Source: an uncultured delta proteobacterium (GTDB lineage Bacteria > Desulfobacterota > Binatia > UBA9968). From it: a stretch of DNA of 64,000 bases. The notes below the pieces were generated by a model that was not told the origin of the DNA, ran no database searches, and saw only the letters and a program-made list of their open reading frames with translations. Below are positions 9,620 to 20,588 of the stretch, one piece after another. Within the stretch, counting starts at the first letter, position 1. Every line of letters starts with the position of its first letter. Location: assembly GCA_963755715.1 (NCBI GenBank), contig CAVWLW010000001.1:32001-96000 (forward strand), read 5' to 3'. A program made the position numbers and the translations under genes.

Positions 9620-11185
9620 ATGGCTAAACGACTAAAAATTTGTCTCATCAATCCCAGGTTTGAACCTTCGTACTGGGGTTTCGATTATGCGTTACCGCTC
9701 TATCCGGGGCGCGTCAAATGCACGATGGTTACCGGCTCGTTGCCTCATCTCGCCAGTCTCACGCCCGACCACGAGGTTTACATCCTCGACGAAAATGTCG
9801 AAGCCATCGATTTTGCCTTTCTTCAGACCTTCGATGTCGTCGGCGTTACCGGCATGAATGTACAAAAATATCGCATGCGGGAGATTCTGCTTGAGCTGCG
9901 TGCACGAAAGATTTTTATCGCGGTGGGCGGCGCCTACGCCTCCGTCGATGAAAAGTTTTTCGATGGGCTGTGTGATGTGCTATTTTCCGGCGAAGCCGAT
10001 GAAACCTGGCCCCAGTTCGTCGAGCAATTTGCCGCGGGCAAGCCCTATGAGAACTTATACAAGCAAGCGCAGCCGACCGACATGTCCACCCTACCGACAC
10101 CAAGATTCGATCTGCTCAAGGTTAAACGCTACGCGACGGGGTCGATCCAGTTTTCGCGCGGCTGTCCGTTTCAATGCGAGTTCTGCGACATCATCGTGAC
10201 CTTTGGCCGCCGGCCGCGGATGAAAAGGCCGGAACAGGTGATCGAGGAACTCGATCAGTTGCGAAAATTAGGATTTTTTGGCGCATTCATCGTCGACGAT
10301 AATTTCATCGGCAACAAAAAGGCGGCCAAAGCATTGCTGCGGGCGATTGTTGCCTGGCAAAAGCAACACGGCTATCCGTTGCGGCTGAACACCGAAGCCA
10401 GCATTAATCTGGCCGATGACCCTGAACTGCTCAACTTGCTCTACGAGGCCAATTTTCGCGCTGTCTTTATCGGTATTGAGACGCCACGAGTGGCGTCCCT
10501 TAAAGAAACCAAGAAATTTCAGAACGTAGCCGGGGATAGCCTCGACGCCAAGCTGGCCCGAATCCAAAATGCCGGTCTGGATATAAGCGCCGGATTCATC
10601 GTCGGTTTCGATAACGACGACGAGTTGATCTTCGAAGATCAGTATCGCTTCATTCAGGGTAACGGAATTGTCTTGGCGATGGTTGGCATGCTTACGGCGA
10701 TACCGAAAACTCCGCTTTTTGAACGCTTGGAAAAAGACGGACGCCTGCGGCTACACGATTTTAATTGCAATTTCGTTCCGAAGAATATGACACCAGAGCG
10801 ACTCAAAAGCGGCTACTGGGAACTTCTACGGCGGCTCTACGCGCCGGAGGCCTTTCTCGAGCGCTACTTCAAAATCTATGAATATCCTGAATTCCGGCAG
10901 CGGCGGGCGGCGATTGTCGCTACAGCCAAAGAGCACAAGGTCCTCAGGACCTTAGTTTACGGGTTGATCTTGACTTGGAACCTTTTCCGGACGTTGGTGA
11001 AGTATAAAAGTTTGAAAACGGTAGGCACAGTGTACTGGCGCTATTTTTGGGAACACCGGCGACGTTACCAAAAAGGGATTACCGGCTATACGCAATTTGT
11101 CAATCGCTGCGTGGCACACTGGCATTTTTGGAAATTTACCGAAGAGGGGACCAACGGCAGGTTGCGTATGTTCAACTCGGGTTAA
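9620..11185 (+). CDS. B12-binding radical SAM protein (DUF4070 type)
   Basis: N-terminal B12-binding domain (DEN, GGAYAS); RGCPFQCEFCD CxxxCxxC motif; FIVDDNFIGN; GFIVGFDND. Confidence 0.9.
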   Translation: MAKRLKICLINPRFEPSYWGFDYALPLYPGRVKCTMVTGSLPHLASLTPDHEVYILDENVEAIDFAFLQTFDVVGVTGMNVQKYRMREILLELRARKIFIAVGGAYASVDEKFFDGLCDVLFSGEADETWPQFVEQFAAGKPYENLYKQAQPTDMSTLPTPRFDLLKVKRYATGSIQFSRGCPFQCEFCDIIVTFGRRPRMKRPEQVIEELDQLRKLGFFGAFIVDDNFIGNKKAAKALLRAIVAWQKQHGYPLRLNTEASINLADDPELLNLLYEANFRAVFIGIETPRVASLKETKKFQNVAGDSLDAKLARIQNAGLDISAGFIVGFDNDDELIFEDQYRFIQGNGIVLAMVGMLTAIPKTPLFERLEKDGRLRLHDFNCNFVPKNMTPERLKSGYWELLRRLYAPEAFLERYFKIYEYPEFRQRRAAIVATAKEHKVLRTLVYGLILTWNLFRTLVKYKSLKTVGTVYWRYFWEHRRRYQKGITGYTQFVNRCVAHWHFWKFTEEGTNGRLRMFNSG

Positions 11186-11358
11186 TCACGTTTCCCTTGG
11201 GGTGCGTCGATACGCCTGCACAGTTGGCAGAGAACGGATCGGCGCGAGCGACGAGCGCGCCCACGGTTCAGCGCAGACTATCCTCTGCAGTTACTACCCA
11301 CGGATGTTCCAGATGTGTTGCTAAAATTTTCGACCTGTTTGATGGGAGAAGGACGGCC

Positions 11359-11988
11359 ATGGTGAGAAACAAGATCGGTAAGTTATTCGGCGCATTGGTG
11401 TGTTTTGGTCTTGCCGCGTGCGGACAGACTGGGATTCGAGAGGCGGTTATCACTCCGGAAAAGAATTTGCCCCGGCCGGCGCGAATCCTCGTCTATGACT
11501 TTGCTGTAAGTGAGCGCGAGGTAACGGAATATCAGGGCATCATGCGCCAGCAACCGACCATAAAGGATCCCGCGGAGCGGGAGCGGCAGATTGCGATTGA
11601 TGTCCAGAATGCGCTGGCCGGCCAAGTCGTGGACGGCTTGCGCGCATTGGGATTCGTGGCGGAACGGGCAAGCCGCGGCACGCCGGCCACTGGCAACGAG
11701 TTGTTGATCGACGGGCAATTTTTCAGGGTCGATGAAGGAAATCCCGTGCGCCGTTTGGTCGGCACCGGGACGTCGACCGTGGAGGCTCAAGCGCAGGCCT
11801 ATCAGGGTAGCGACAAGAAAAAACTGCTCGATTTCGTAACCTATTCCGACGGCGGCATGCACAATTCAGACGTAGCGCAGATGGCCGCCGCGAGCGGCGA
11901 TCAGGTTGTGCGCTATCTATCCGAGTTCTTCGCCCAACAGGGCTGGATCCGTGCGGATCAGGTGCGCAAGGCGCGGATCGCGTACTGA
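11359..11988 (+). CDS. DUF4410 family lipoprotein
   Basis: Lipobox LAAC; RPARILVYDFAV, LLIDGQFFRVDEGN..RRLV, FFAQQGWI. Confidence 0.8.
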   Translation: MVRNKIGKLFGALVCFGLAACGQTGIREAVITPEKNLPRPARILVYDFAVSEREVTEYQGIMRQQPTIKDPAERERQIAIDVQNALAGQVVDGLRALGFVAERASRGTPATGNELLIDGQFFRVDEGNPVRRLVGTGTSTVEAQAQAYQGSDKKKLLDFVTYSDGGMHNSDVAQMAAASGDQVVRYLSEFFAQQGWIRADQVRKARIAY

Positions 11989-12115
11989 TCGCCATGCAAA
12001 GCGAATTTTTGGGCCGCGTTCTGAATCGCTAGGCGCTCAAGAATGTATCTTTAAGCTTCTCTGCAGGTGTTTTTTAAATTCATTTGCTTTTCTCCAAATA
12101 ACTAAAGACGCGATC

Positions 12116-13114
12116 GTGAAAATCGCAACTCGCATTCTCATCGGAGTTGTCGTTACGGCAATGACGATTTGGGGCATGGCAATGCTTTATTTCTCGCCGC
12201 TGCTAGCGGAACAGTGGCGCGCGCTCGCTGCCGGTGCTTACGCGGCGCTGACGCTTCTCGCTTTTCTATTTCTACCGCGGCGCGGACGCACGCTGCTCGT
12301 TTCGCTGTGCGCGTTTGCGTTGCTGGTATTTTTATTTTTCCGGATTCCCGCTTCGAACGAGCGCGACTGGCAGCCGGATGTGTCGGTTACGCCTTATGCG
12401 ACCATCAAGGGAGAATCGATCACGATTCACAACGTGAGAAATTTCGCTTATCGGACGGAAACCGATTTCACGCCGCGCTGGGAGACTCGGACGTACGATC
12501 TCAGCAAGCTCGATTCGGTCGATCTCATTGCGGTGTACTGGGCCGGCAAGGCGATCGCCCATATCATGGTGAGCTTCGGCTTTGCCGGAAAAGATTACCT
12601 CGCCGTATCGATCGAGACGCGCAAAGAGAAGGGCGAGAGCTATTCGACACTAGCGGGTTTTTTCAGGCAGTATGAACTCTACTACGTCGTTGCCGACGAG
12701 CGCGACGTCGTTGGCGTCAGAACCACCTATCGCCAACCGCAGGAGGACGTTTATATCTACCGGGTCAAAGGGCCGTTAAAAAATGCGCGGCGGGTGTTTC
12801 TCGATTATCTCGAGGGCATGAACGAACTGCACGAGCATCCCAGTTACTACAATACGCTGACGACCAACTGCACGACCAGCGTGCTGTTTCACACACGCAT
12901 GAACCCGGAGTCGCCGCCCATGTCGTGGAAAATTTTATTGAGCGGCTATGTGCCGGATTATCTGTATGAGCTCGGCCGCCTCGATACTTCGCATCCTTTC
13001 GTCGAGCTCGAACGGCTTTCGCGAGTGAACGAACGCGCTCATGCCGCCGGCGCAGACGCCGCATTTTCGCGGCGCATTCGAGAGGGCTTGCCTAACCCAG
13101 GTGCCATGCCATGA
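12116..13114 (+). CDS. DUF4105 (Lnb N-terminal, papain-like) membrane protein
   Basis: Three TM helices; HNVRNFAYRTETDF, AHIMVSFGF, SIETRKEKGE, YNTLTTNCTT. Confidence 0.9.
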   Translation: MKIATRILIGVVVTAMTIWGMAMLYFSPLLAEQWRALAAGAYAALTLLAFLFLPRRGRTLLVSLCAFALLVFLFFRIPASNERDWQPDVSVTPYATIKGESITIHNVRNFAYRTETDFTPRWETRTYDLSKLDSVDLIAVYWAGKAIAHIMVSFGFAGKDYLAVSIETRKEKGESYSTLAGFFRQYELYYVVADERDVVGVRTTYRQPQEDVYIYRVKGPLKNARRVFLDYLEGMNELHEHPSYYNTLTTNCTTSVLFHTRMNPESPPMSWKILLSGYVPDYLYELGRLDTSHPFVELERLSRVNERAHAAGADAAFSRRIREGLPNPGAMP

Positions 13115-14988
13115 AATTATTTGGACTGCATAAAAGTTTGACCCGCCAACTGAGGGAGTTTATTCCGGTTGCTGCTTTACTCTGTCTCGCAGCGGGGTGC
13201 GCGACGCCGATCGGCGTAAGCTATGTGGATCGCCGTGTGGCGTATGAATCGCTCACCACGAATGTGCTTTCCACCGAAAGAATGAGTTCCTTCTCCGCGC
13301 GAGAGCTGGTCAATTTTAACCTATACCAGGAATTCGAGGACAATCCGCAAAAGGCGCTTGCCGATCTGCATTCGGCTTTGGCGCCAACAGGCGACGAGGA
13401 GCGCCTGTTCGCCTTGGCCGAGCTTTCTTTTCTTCACGCCGAGAACAGCGGTGAGAGATCCTATTACCTAGCGTCCGCGGTGTACGCTTACGCGTTTTTA
13501 TATCCGGGAAAGCAAGGCACGCCGCCACGGGGAATCGACCCGCGACTGCGTTGGGCGGTGGATCTCTACAACCAGTCGCTCACCCAAGCCGCCAAGTCAG
13601 ACGAAGCCGCCTACGCCATACCGATGGGCGGCAAGTTCAAGCTGCCCTTCGGCGAGCTTACCGTTTCATTCAATGAGCGCGATCTCATATGGGGCGACTT
13701 TCGCATGAAGGATTTTGTTCCCGCAGCCGACATCGAGGTGCGCGGTTTGCGCAATCGCTACCGAACTCCGGGCATCGGTGCGGCGCTCGCCGCGTCGATC
13801 GAGCCGCTCGAGGCGAGCCCAAACAGTCCATGCGTATTCCACCCCGGCTGAAAATTCCGGTCACGGCGTTTTTGCGACTGGAAAATCCACGCGCAGCATT
13901 GGCTTCGGGAAAGCTTGAGCGGCAACCTGGAATTCTACACTCCGGACTCCGCCAGATCGCTCAAGATCGAAGGCGTCGAAGTTCCGATCGAATACGAAAC
14001 AACTTCGGCCCTCGCCCTGACTCTGGAAGGGGCGCCGGTTTGGGATTCCGAGATCGCCGGTTTTCGCTCCGGCGACTTCGCCATCGGCGGCGCGAATTTG
14101 CGCGAAGGACTGTTCATGCTCCACCCGCACAAGACCGGCCGTATCCCGGTCGTGCTCGTGCACGGCACAGCCTCGAGCCCGGCGCGCTGGGCCGAGCTCA
14201 TCAACGAATTGGAGAACGACCCGCAGTTTTGGGAAAATTACGAGATCTGGCTGTTCATGTACAACACCGGCAATCCCGTCGCTTATTCGGCGATGCTCCT
14301 GCGCGACGCTTTGATTAAAGTTGTGAAAGAGTTGGATCCCGACGATAAAGACACGGGGCTCAAGCGGATGGTGGTCGCGGGGCACAGCCAGGGCGGATTG
14401 CTGACCAAGATGACGGTGATCGACAGCGGCATGCACCTCTGGCCTTTCAGTGTGCCGCCGGAAGAGTTGGATCTTGACGTTGAAACACGCGACCTTCTTA
14501 CCCACGCACTGATGATCAAGCCTCTGCCGTTCGTGCGCCGGGTCATTTTTATTGCAACGCCGCATCGCGGCAGTTACCAGGCTCTGGGCATTCTGGGAAG
14601 CTTCGCCTCTTGGATGGTTAACTTGCCGGGCCGTTTTACAAAAATGAGTGTCGACTTCTTGACCCTGCAACGGAAGGGAATTTTTCTCGGTCCAGCGAGT
14701 AGCCGCCTCCCGACCAGCATCGATAACATGAACCCGAACAATCGCTTCATCGTGGGTTTATCCGCGATCCCCATCGCGGATGGAGTCGTCGCCAACTCCA
14801 TCGTTGGCGTTGAAGGCGGTGGCCCGCCGGCAGAGGGCGGAGACGGCGTCGTCAAGTATTCGAGCGCGCACATCGAAGGGGTCGAATCGGAGAAGATCGT
14901 AAATTCGCCACACTCGATGCAGGGTAATCCAGAAACGATCCAGGAAGTGAAGCGCATCCTGCTCAAGCACGCAAACAGTCTGCCTTGA
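13111..14988 (+). CDS. Alpha/beta-hydrolase (lipase/esterase-like) lipoprotein, frameshifted near 13820-13920
   Basis: Lipobox AAGC; PVVLVHGTASSP, GHSQGG nucleophile, ATPHRGS, GDGVVKYSSAH. Confidence 0.85.
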
Positions 14989-15052
14989 TTAACGACGAGA
15001 ATGAGTCCGCGAGCGTCGAAACGATGAACTGTTAACTCGATCAAACTGGTAG

Positions 15053-15115
15053 GGACACCCGGAGACAATCGAAGAAGTGCGGCGTATCTTGCGCGAGCAT
15101 ATCGACGCGCGGTAA
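15053..15115 (+). pseudogene. Second, paralogous C-terminal tail of the upstream hydrolase
   Basis: Translates as GHPETIEEVRRILREHIDAR*, versus GNPETIQEVKRILLKHANSLP* in the upstream gene. Confidence 0.75.
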
Positions 15116-15178
15116 GTCCGCGTATCTCGACCTCAAACATCCAATCAGGCGTGTACGCTCGCCGCTCTTATGGGTATC

Positions 15179-15964
15179 CTACACAGGCAAAGTCGCCCTG
15201 CATTCAGGATATCCCGAACAGCCCCAGAACTGCGACCCGGCCTTGCTTCCCTTGCGCGCGGTACGTAACACCATCACTTTGCCGCAGGCCGAGCAGGAGG
15301 GCGCAGCCGGAGTCTTTGCTTTATCCGACCGATCGGTCTGATCAGTCGGATCGGTCCGATGAGAGTTTGCTTGCCGCCGGTTCTCCAACCGCGCAGCCGC
15401 AAGCCGCTCGCTGTAACCGCCGCCTTCAACGAACTGCCGCTCCAGCCCCTGGATCTGCCGGTCGAGCAGATAGTTCGCCTGGTGGATCAAGCAGATCAGC
15501 GCGTTAGCAATCACCGCCGGGTCGTGGTGGTCAAGCCACTCCGAGTAGAGTTTTTTTTGATCCGTCCGATCGGTCTGATCCGGCCGCTCAGTCCGATCTC
15601 TCTTCACCCCCGCCTCTCGCACCCGCCGCGCCTCGGGGTCGTCTTTTTCCCACTGCTTCAGACCACGCTGGCGCAGAAAGTCCTCGTAGTCGAGCAGCAG
15701 CTCATCGAGGCTGGCGCGCGCGACGTTCACCAACCGCAGCTCCGTCTGACTCGAAGTCGCCGAAGCCCTGCTACCCTCCGCGATGTTCTGCCGTCCGCTG
15801 CGCGCCGCCTGCACCATTTGGTCGTGCGTCCGCGACCGTTTGTCAACGAACCGATCGCAGAACACCACGGTGCCGTCGTAGATAATCTCCGTCACCTGAA
15901 ACGAGCGCAGCCGCCGGTAACCGCCATGCGGACGCAGCGTGGAATTATCGCTGCTCATTAGCAT
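15179..15964 (-). CDS. Four-helix-bundle (23S rRNA IVP/Avd-like) protein with suffix domain and C-terminal topoisomerase-type C4 zinc ribbon
   Basis: HGGYRRLRSFQ, RTHDQMVQAARSGRQNIAEGS, ARASLDELLLDYEDFLRQ, F..GGGYSERL; CSACGKVMVLR..FWGCSGYPEC. Confidence 0.9.
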   Translation of the reverse strand: MLMSSDNSTLRPHGGYRRLRSFQVTEIIYDGTVVFCDRFVDKRSRTHDQMVQAARSGRQNIAEGSRASATSSQTELRLVNVARASLDELLLDYEDFLRQRGLKQWEKDDPEARRVREAGVKRDRTERPDQTDRTDQKKLYSEWLDHHDPAVIANALICLIHQANYLLDRQIQGLERQFVEGGGYSERLAAARLENRRQANSHRTDPTDQTDRSDKAKTPAAPSCSACGKVMVLRTARKGSKAGSQFWGCSGYPECRATLPV

Positions 15965-16109
15965 CCGCCTTTATGCGCACGCGCGGAACAGGAGACTTGA
16001 AAATTGAGAGAGTATGAGTTTGGCTCACAATGAACTCGACAATTGCTCGCGGATTCTACGCGATTAGAAGACGGCTTGCCAAGGCGCCGATAGAATGGCG
16101 CTCTACAGC

Positions 16110-16471
16110 TCAGGGCAGCTTAGCAAATTTCAGCAGCTCTGGATTAATGCGGTCCCACGGCTGCGCGCTGGACGTGTAGACATCCTCTGCGGGTTTGGGA
16201 TGCTGGGATCGTCGAGGCTTCCGGCATAGATTTCGATGACGGTCGGGTTGGCGCTGGATTTTGCGAATAAACGTGCGCCGCAGTTTGGGCAAAAACCGCG
16301 ACTGGCGACGCTGCCACTATCCGCAGCACTTTCGTAATATTTCGGCTAGTAGGCACCGTCGCTTGCGCGCTGGCAATCGCGGCAATGGCAATTGCCACAA
16401 AACGACGGCTCTCCGGAAAATTCATACCGCACGGCGCCGCATTGGCAGCCGCCCGTCAATGAATCGCTCAT
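16110..16471 (-). pseudogene. GFA family protein with in-frame stop, apparent internal deletion and frameshift
   Basis: [23 protein letters not shown] at 16346-16348, then RGFCPNCG and AGSLDDPS. Confidence 0.75.
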
Positions 16472-16821
16472 AACTTTTTCCTCCGCGTCAAATTGCGAAT
16501 TTTCTTCTGGCAGGAAATAGCTTGCGCGGTCCACTCGCCGAGCCGCTCGGCATCTTCGAGAATTTCCAGCGGCACTTGGTAATAGCTCTTGAGAGTCTGT
16601 CTGGCGTTGGGCCGGAACGGTTTCATCTTGCGCTTGCGGTATTCGCCGACGGTCGAATCATCGATTTTGAAGTACACGCGATCTTTGTGAATGATGCCGA
16701 AAAAAGTTTCATCTTGATAAAGGCCATAGCCGCCGAACATCCGCCGCGCCTCGACGTCATCTAAGCCTCGCAGCTGGTCGAGCACAAAATCTTTGAACGA
16801 CTCGTCTTTCTGATTCATCAC
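16468..16821 (-). CDS. TfoX/Sxy N-terminal domain protein
   Basis: [27 protein letters not shown]. Confidence 0.9.
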   Translation of the reverse strand: MMNQKDESFKDFVLDQLRGLDDVEARRMFGGYGLYQDETFFGIIHKDRVYFKIDDSTVGEYRKRKMKPFRPNARQTLKSYYQVPLEILEDAERLGEWTAQAISCQKKIRNLTRRKKL

Positions 16822-16878
16822 GCGGCAAATTATGGCTTGCGGCTTCGGAACGGTTTGAACGTTTTGAACACGTTTAGT

Positions 16879-17739
16879 TTATCCGATCGCCAACCCGACG
16901 ACGCCCAACACCATCGCGCACGCCCCGGCCAAACGCCGGCGCACGTCGCCTTCGCCGAGCAGGCGCGTGCCCATGATCGTGCCGATCAGAATACTGATCT
17001 CGCGCGCCGGCGCGACGTAGCTCACCGGCGTGAAGCGCATCGCCGTGAGCACCAGAATATACGCCAGCGGGATCAAGACGGCACAGGCGATCGCCTCGTA
17101 TTTGTGCTCATGCCATTCCGTCACCGCTTGGTCTGAATATTTCAGAGCGAAGGGCGTAAGAAAAATCGCCCGGCCGACGTTGGCGCCCCAATCTAAAACC
17201 AGCGGCGTGATCGCGAAATGGCTCACCGCCCGTTTATCCCACAGCGTGTAAGCAGCGATGAACATGCCGGTGATGAGCGCATAGACGAGCGCATCGCGCG
17301 CTTCGCTCCGGCGCAATCGGGTGAGGTTGGTCGTCAAGACAACGGCGCCGCCAATGATCAGCAGGGCGCCGGCGAGCGCCAAAATGGACGGCCGCTCGCC
17401 GAGAAAAACAATCGCTGCGAGGCTCGACAGCAGCGGCCCGGTGCCACGCGCCAGCGGATAGACTAACGATAGATCACCGACTCGATAGCCCTGGTTTAGC
17501 AGCACGAAGTAGGCCGTGTGCAGCGCGGCGCTCCCGGCCATGATGCCGATCGTGACAAAGCTAATCTGTATCTGCCAAACTTCGATGATCGTGATCGTTG
17601 CTGGGGCATAGAGCAACGCCGATAGAATAGCGACCAACCAAGTAAAGGTGGCGTGCCCGCCGGCGTGCTTGTTGAGAAAATTCCAGGTGGCGTGGATGAC
17701 GGCCGCGGCCAGGATCAACGCCAATGCCGAAATGGTCAT
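16879..17739 (-). CDS. EamA/DMT family transporter
   Basis: AAVIHATWN, GDLSLVYPLARGTGP, VSYVAPAREISI. Confidence 0.9.
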   Translation of the reverse strand: MTISALALILAAAVIHATWNFLNKHAGGHATFTWLVAILSALLYAPATITIIEVWQIQISFVTIGIMAGSAALHTAYFVLLNQGYRVGDLSLVYPLARGTGPLLSSLAAIVFLGERPSILALAGALLIIGGAVVLTTNLTRLRRSEARDALVYALITGMFIAAYTLWDKRAVSHFAITPLVLDWGANVGRAIFLTPFALKYSDQAVTEWHEHKYEAIACAVLIPLAYILVLTAMRFTPVSYVAPAREISILIGTIMGTRLLGEGDVRRRLAGACAMVLGVVGLAIG

Positions 17740-17764
17740 GGAAAAAAAATCGCCGCGCCGCGCT

Positions 17765-18238
17765 CTAATCGCCCATCGGAGTAATTGTGTCGCCGATCCG
17801 AATGACACCGCCGGTGATGATCTCGGCACGCAGGCCGCCGCGATGGATCAAGCCGCGCAGCGCGCCCTTGCGACTGAGTTTTTCCAAGTGCGCGCAGGGA
17901 TCGCAGAGGCGCGTACCGCGAAGCGTCACTGCGCCGACGGTAAACTGCCGCTCGATGAGATGATTCAAGGCCACGCCGCGGGTGACGAGATTGCGCCGCG
18001 CTTGAGCCGCAGCGATTTCGACGCCGTAGTCGCGCTTGAGCGCTTCGATCGCCTCGCTTTCGATCAACGTCACCTCCCGGCCCGAGCCGGCGTTATTGGA
18101 ATACGTTCCAATTCTGGCGAAGTAGCGATCTCCTTCGAGACCGCGGCCGGCGACGGCTTGTACCTGATTTAGGGTTTGCATCACCGCCGCGCCCGCTGGC
18201 GCGATGTGCAATGAAACCACGGAGCCTACAGCGTTCAT
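17765..18238 (-). CDS. MOSC domain protein
   Basis: GRGLEGDRY, REVTLIE, RRNLVTRGV, CDPCAHL, GGLRAEI. Confidence 0.9.
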   Translation of the reverse strand: MNAVGSVVSLHIAPAGAAVMQTLNQVQAVAGRGLEGDRYFARIGTYSNNAGSGREVTLIESEAIEALKRDYGVEIAAAQARRNLVTRGVALNHLIERQFTVGAVTLRGTRLCDPCAHLEKLSRKGALRGLIHRGGLRAEIITGGVIRIGDTITPMGD

Positions 18239-18252
18239 GTTCTTTGAGTGAA

Positions 18253-19111
18253 TTATTTCTTGCTCGCGACCAACGCCGTGATTTCCGGCGTCTGCATGCC
18301 GTCTTTGAGCAAGTCGCACGTGCCTTTTTGTAAAATCTCCTGCGCTAAACGCTTCGCGCCGGTGATCGCGGCTTTCATAAAACCCGAGCCGTAGCTCACC
18401 CGCGCCACGCCTAAATCTTGCAGCTCTTTAATGCTCGGCGATTGCGGTCCGGCGAGAATACTGACCGGCGCTTTCACTTCCTTCGCCACGGTGCCCAATC
18501 GTTTCAGCGGCATGGAGACTGAGATAAAAAATGCAATCGCCGCCAGCCTCGGCGTAGGCATTGCCGCGCCGAATCGCTTCGTCGAGCGCCTTCTTCGGAT
18601 CGTCGGGCATAACGTGAAACGCATCGACCCGCGCGTTGAGAAAAAACTCGCTGCCGAGTTCGCGCTTTGCATCCATGACAGTTTTTATTTTGCGCAGTTG
18701 CTGCGACAGCTCGACCAATCCGCCTTTGCCTTTGGCGGCGCCGTCCTCGAGATTCATGCCGGCCACACCGCGCGCCACCAGCGCGCGCACCGTGTCGCCG
18801 ACGCCGGCTTCATCGCCGTAGCCCCTCTCGCCATCGGCGTTGAATGGCACTGTCACGGCGGCGGCGAAACTGCCACTGACCTCGATAAACATTTCCCGGC
18901 TCATCACCTCGCCGTCGGGATAACCCAACGCGACGGCGATGCCGCCGCTGGTTCCTTGGATCGCTTTGAATCCCATCTGTTCGAACAAGAGCGCGCTCAA
19001 AACATCGTAGGCGCCGGGCATGACAAGTATCTCCGGCGCGCGCACAAGCTCGCGGAGCTTGCGGCTTTTGGCGTTGGCGGTAGTGATCATCGCATTTGGT
19101 ATCGGCTCCAT
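18253..19111 (-). CDS. Isocitrate lyase/PEP mutase family protein (frameshift near 18495)
   Basis: PGAYDVLSA, ADGERGYG, GMNLEDG, LNARVDA, RVSYGS. Confidence 0.85.
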
Positions 19112-19229
19112 CGTGACCTCCAGATATTTTTACAATAGTCGATCGTATCGTACGGCCTAACGGCGGATGGACGCAAGCGCCGGCGCGGGATGGACGCCGA
19201 TGCGATGCGCCGGGAAAAAATGAATGGCG

Positions 19230-20588
19230 CTATAGTGCGCGCGCGCCGCCGTGCCACTTATCCATGTGCGCGCGTTCGCTTTCGGAGAGCGCCTCGGCCC
19301 GGTAGAAGCGCTCGTAGAACTCGCTGTCGAGATGGCAGGCTTGAAAGCCGAGCACCGTGCGAAAAGGCGGCATGTACGCGGGAAATCGACCGTAGCGAGC
19401 ATGAATGTATTCGCAGTAAGCAATGGTCGCGTCGACCGCAGCGGAACTGATTTCCGGTAACAGCCTCGGCGATCGCCGCCGGATCGCGCCAGGCGCTGTG
19501 CGCCGCGCCGCCGCGGAACAGGCCTTGCGCGCCAAACTTCGCTTCCACGACGGCGCGCACGGCGTCTTTCATGCTCGGGTAGTACGGCGGACAGTAGGGC
19601 TGGAGCAAAATGTCGCCATCCCGCTCCAAGCCCAAAGCATAACGAATAGCCTGATTGCGACCGAGCAGACGCATCACCTCCCGGGTGAAAATATTCGCGC
19701 CGAGATATTTGCTCGCTGGCATCGCGCCCATGCGAAAACCCAAGGCTTCAAACCAGCTGAACTCATGCTCGGCAAAGTTGGGAAAACCGCCGAGCCCCAT
19801 GGCTTGGCAGATCAAGCCCAAATTTTGCAACATCATGCCTTGCTCTGCGGTGACCAGCTCCGAAACCATCAACTCCAAGCGCTGCACCGTGAGCACGCGG
19901 CCGTCAGAAGGATCGTCATGCAAATGGCCGCCTTTGCTGCGCGCGAAACGGCCGAGGCCGGCGGCGCGGAAGCCGGCGCGCTCATCGACGACAAAAGCGC
20001 CGCTATGTTCGTTAAAAATCTCGAGCAACCCGTTGATGTACATGAAGGTCAATTCATTGATCGGCAAGAAATAGCTCGTCCCGGAGCGTAGAGCGACCAG
20101 CGGTTGACATTGACATTAAACATCGGCGCCACCGGCGGCGCTGCCCGTCCGTCCTTGATTTTCACTCGCAGGCGCTGATAGAGCGCGGTGAAATCTTTTT
20201 TGTTCGCCTGTTCGACCAATCTCGCGATTTCCTGCGCTGGAAAATCTTGCGGCCGCTTGATCAAGTAAGTACCGTCGTCGTTGATGACAACTAACGAAAC
20301 CGTTTGGATCGCGTCGCCGCTGGCGATGGTCCGGCCGAGGGAGCGCGCTACGATCGCGCCGCCCTGGCCTTCGGCAAAGGGTAAATCGAGCAGAGCAAAT
20401 CCCGTAATGCCGCCGGCAGCAAACGTCAAACAGGCCTCTTCTTCTTCGCTTAGCGGAAACGGCGCATGCCGGCTTTGGTACGCCAGCGGTCCGGCCGGCA
20501 TCTTCATGCCCAAGCCAAAGCGCCGCGAGCGACGCTTCGTCAGCGCATCGAGCAGCGAATAATCGCCGAGCGTGTTTGTTGTCGACAT
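19230..20588 (-). CDS. Uncharacterised nitroreductase-like protein (two frameshifts)
   Basis: RRSRRF motif, EQGMMLQNLGLICQAMGLGG; three consecutive frames join up. Confidence 0.55.

Noticed and set aside
15179-15964. Diversity-generating retroelement suggested by the Avd-like gene
   Set aside because: No reverse transcriptase and no template/variable repeat pair differing at adenines in the window
16346-16348. Pyrrolysine or amber read-through in the GFA gene
   Set aside because: The TAG coincides with an apparent internal deletion and a later frameshift; a pseudogene is the simpler explanation
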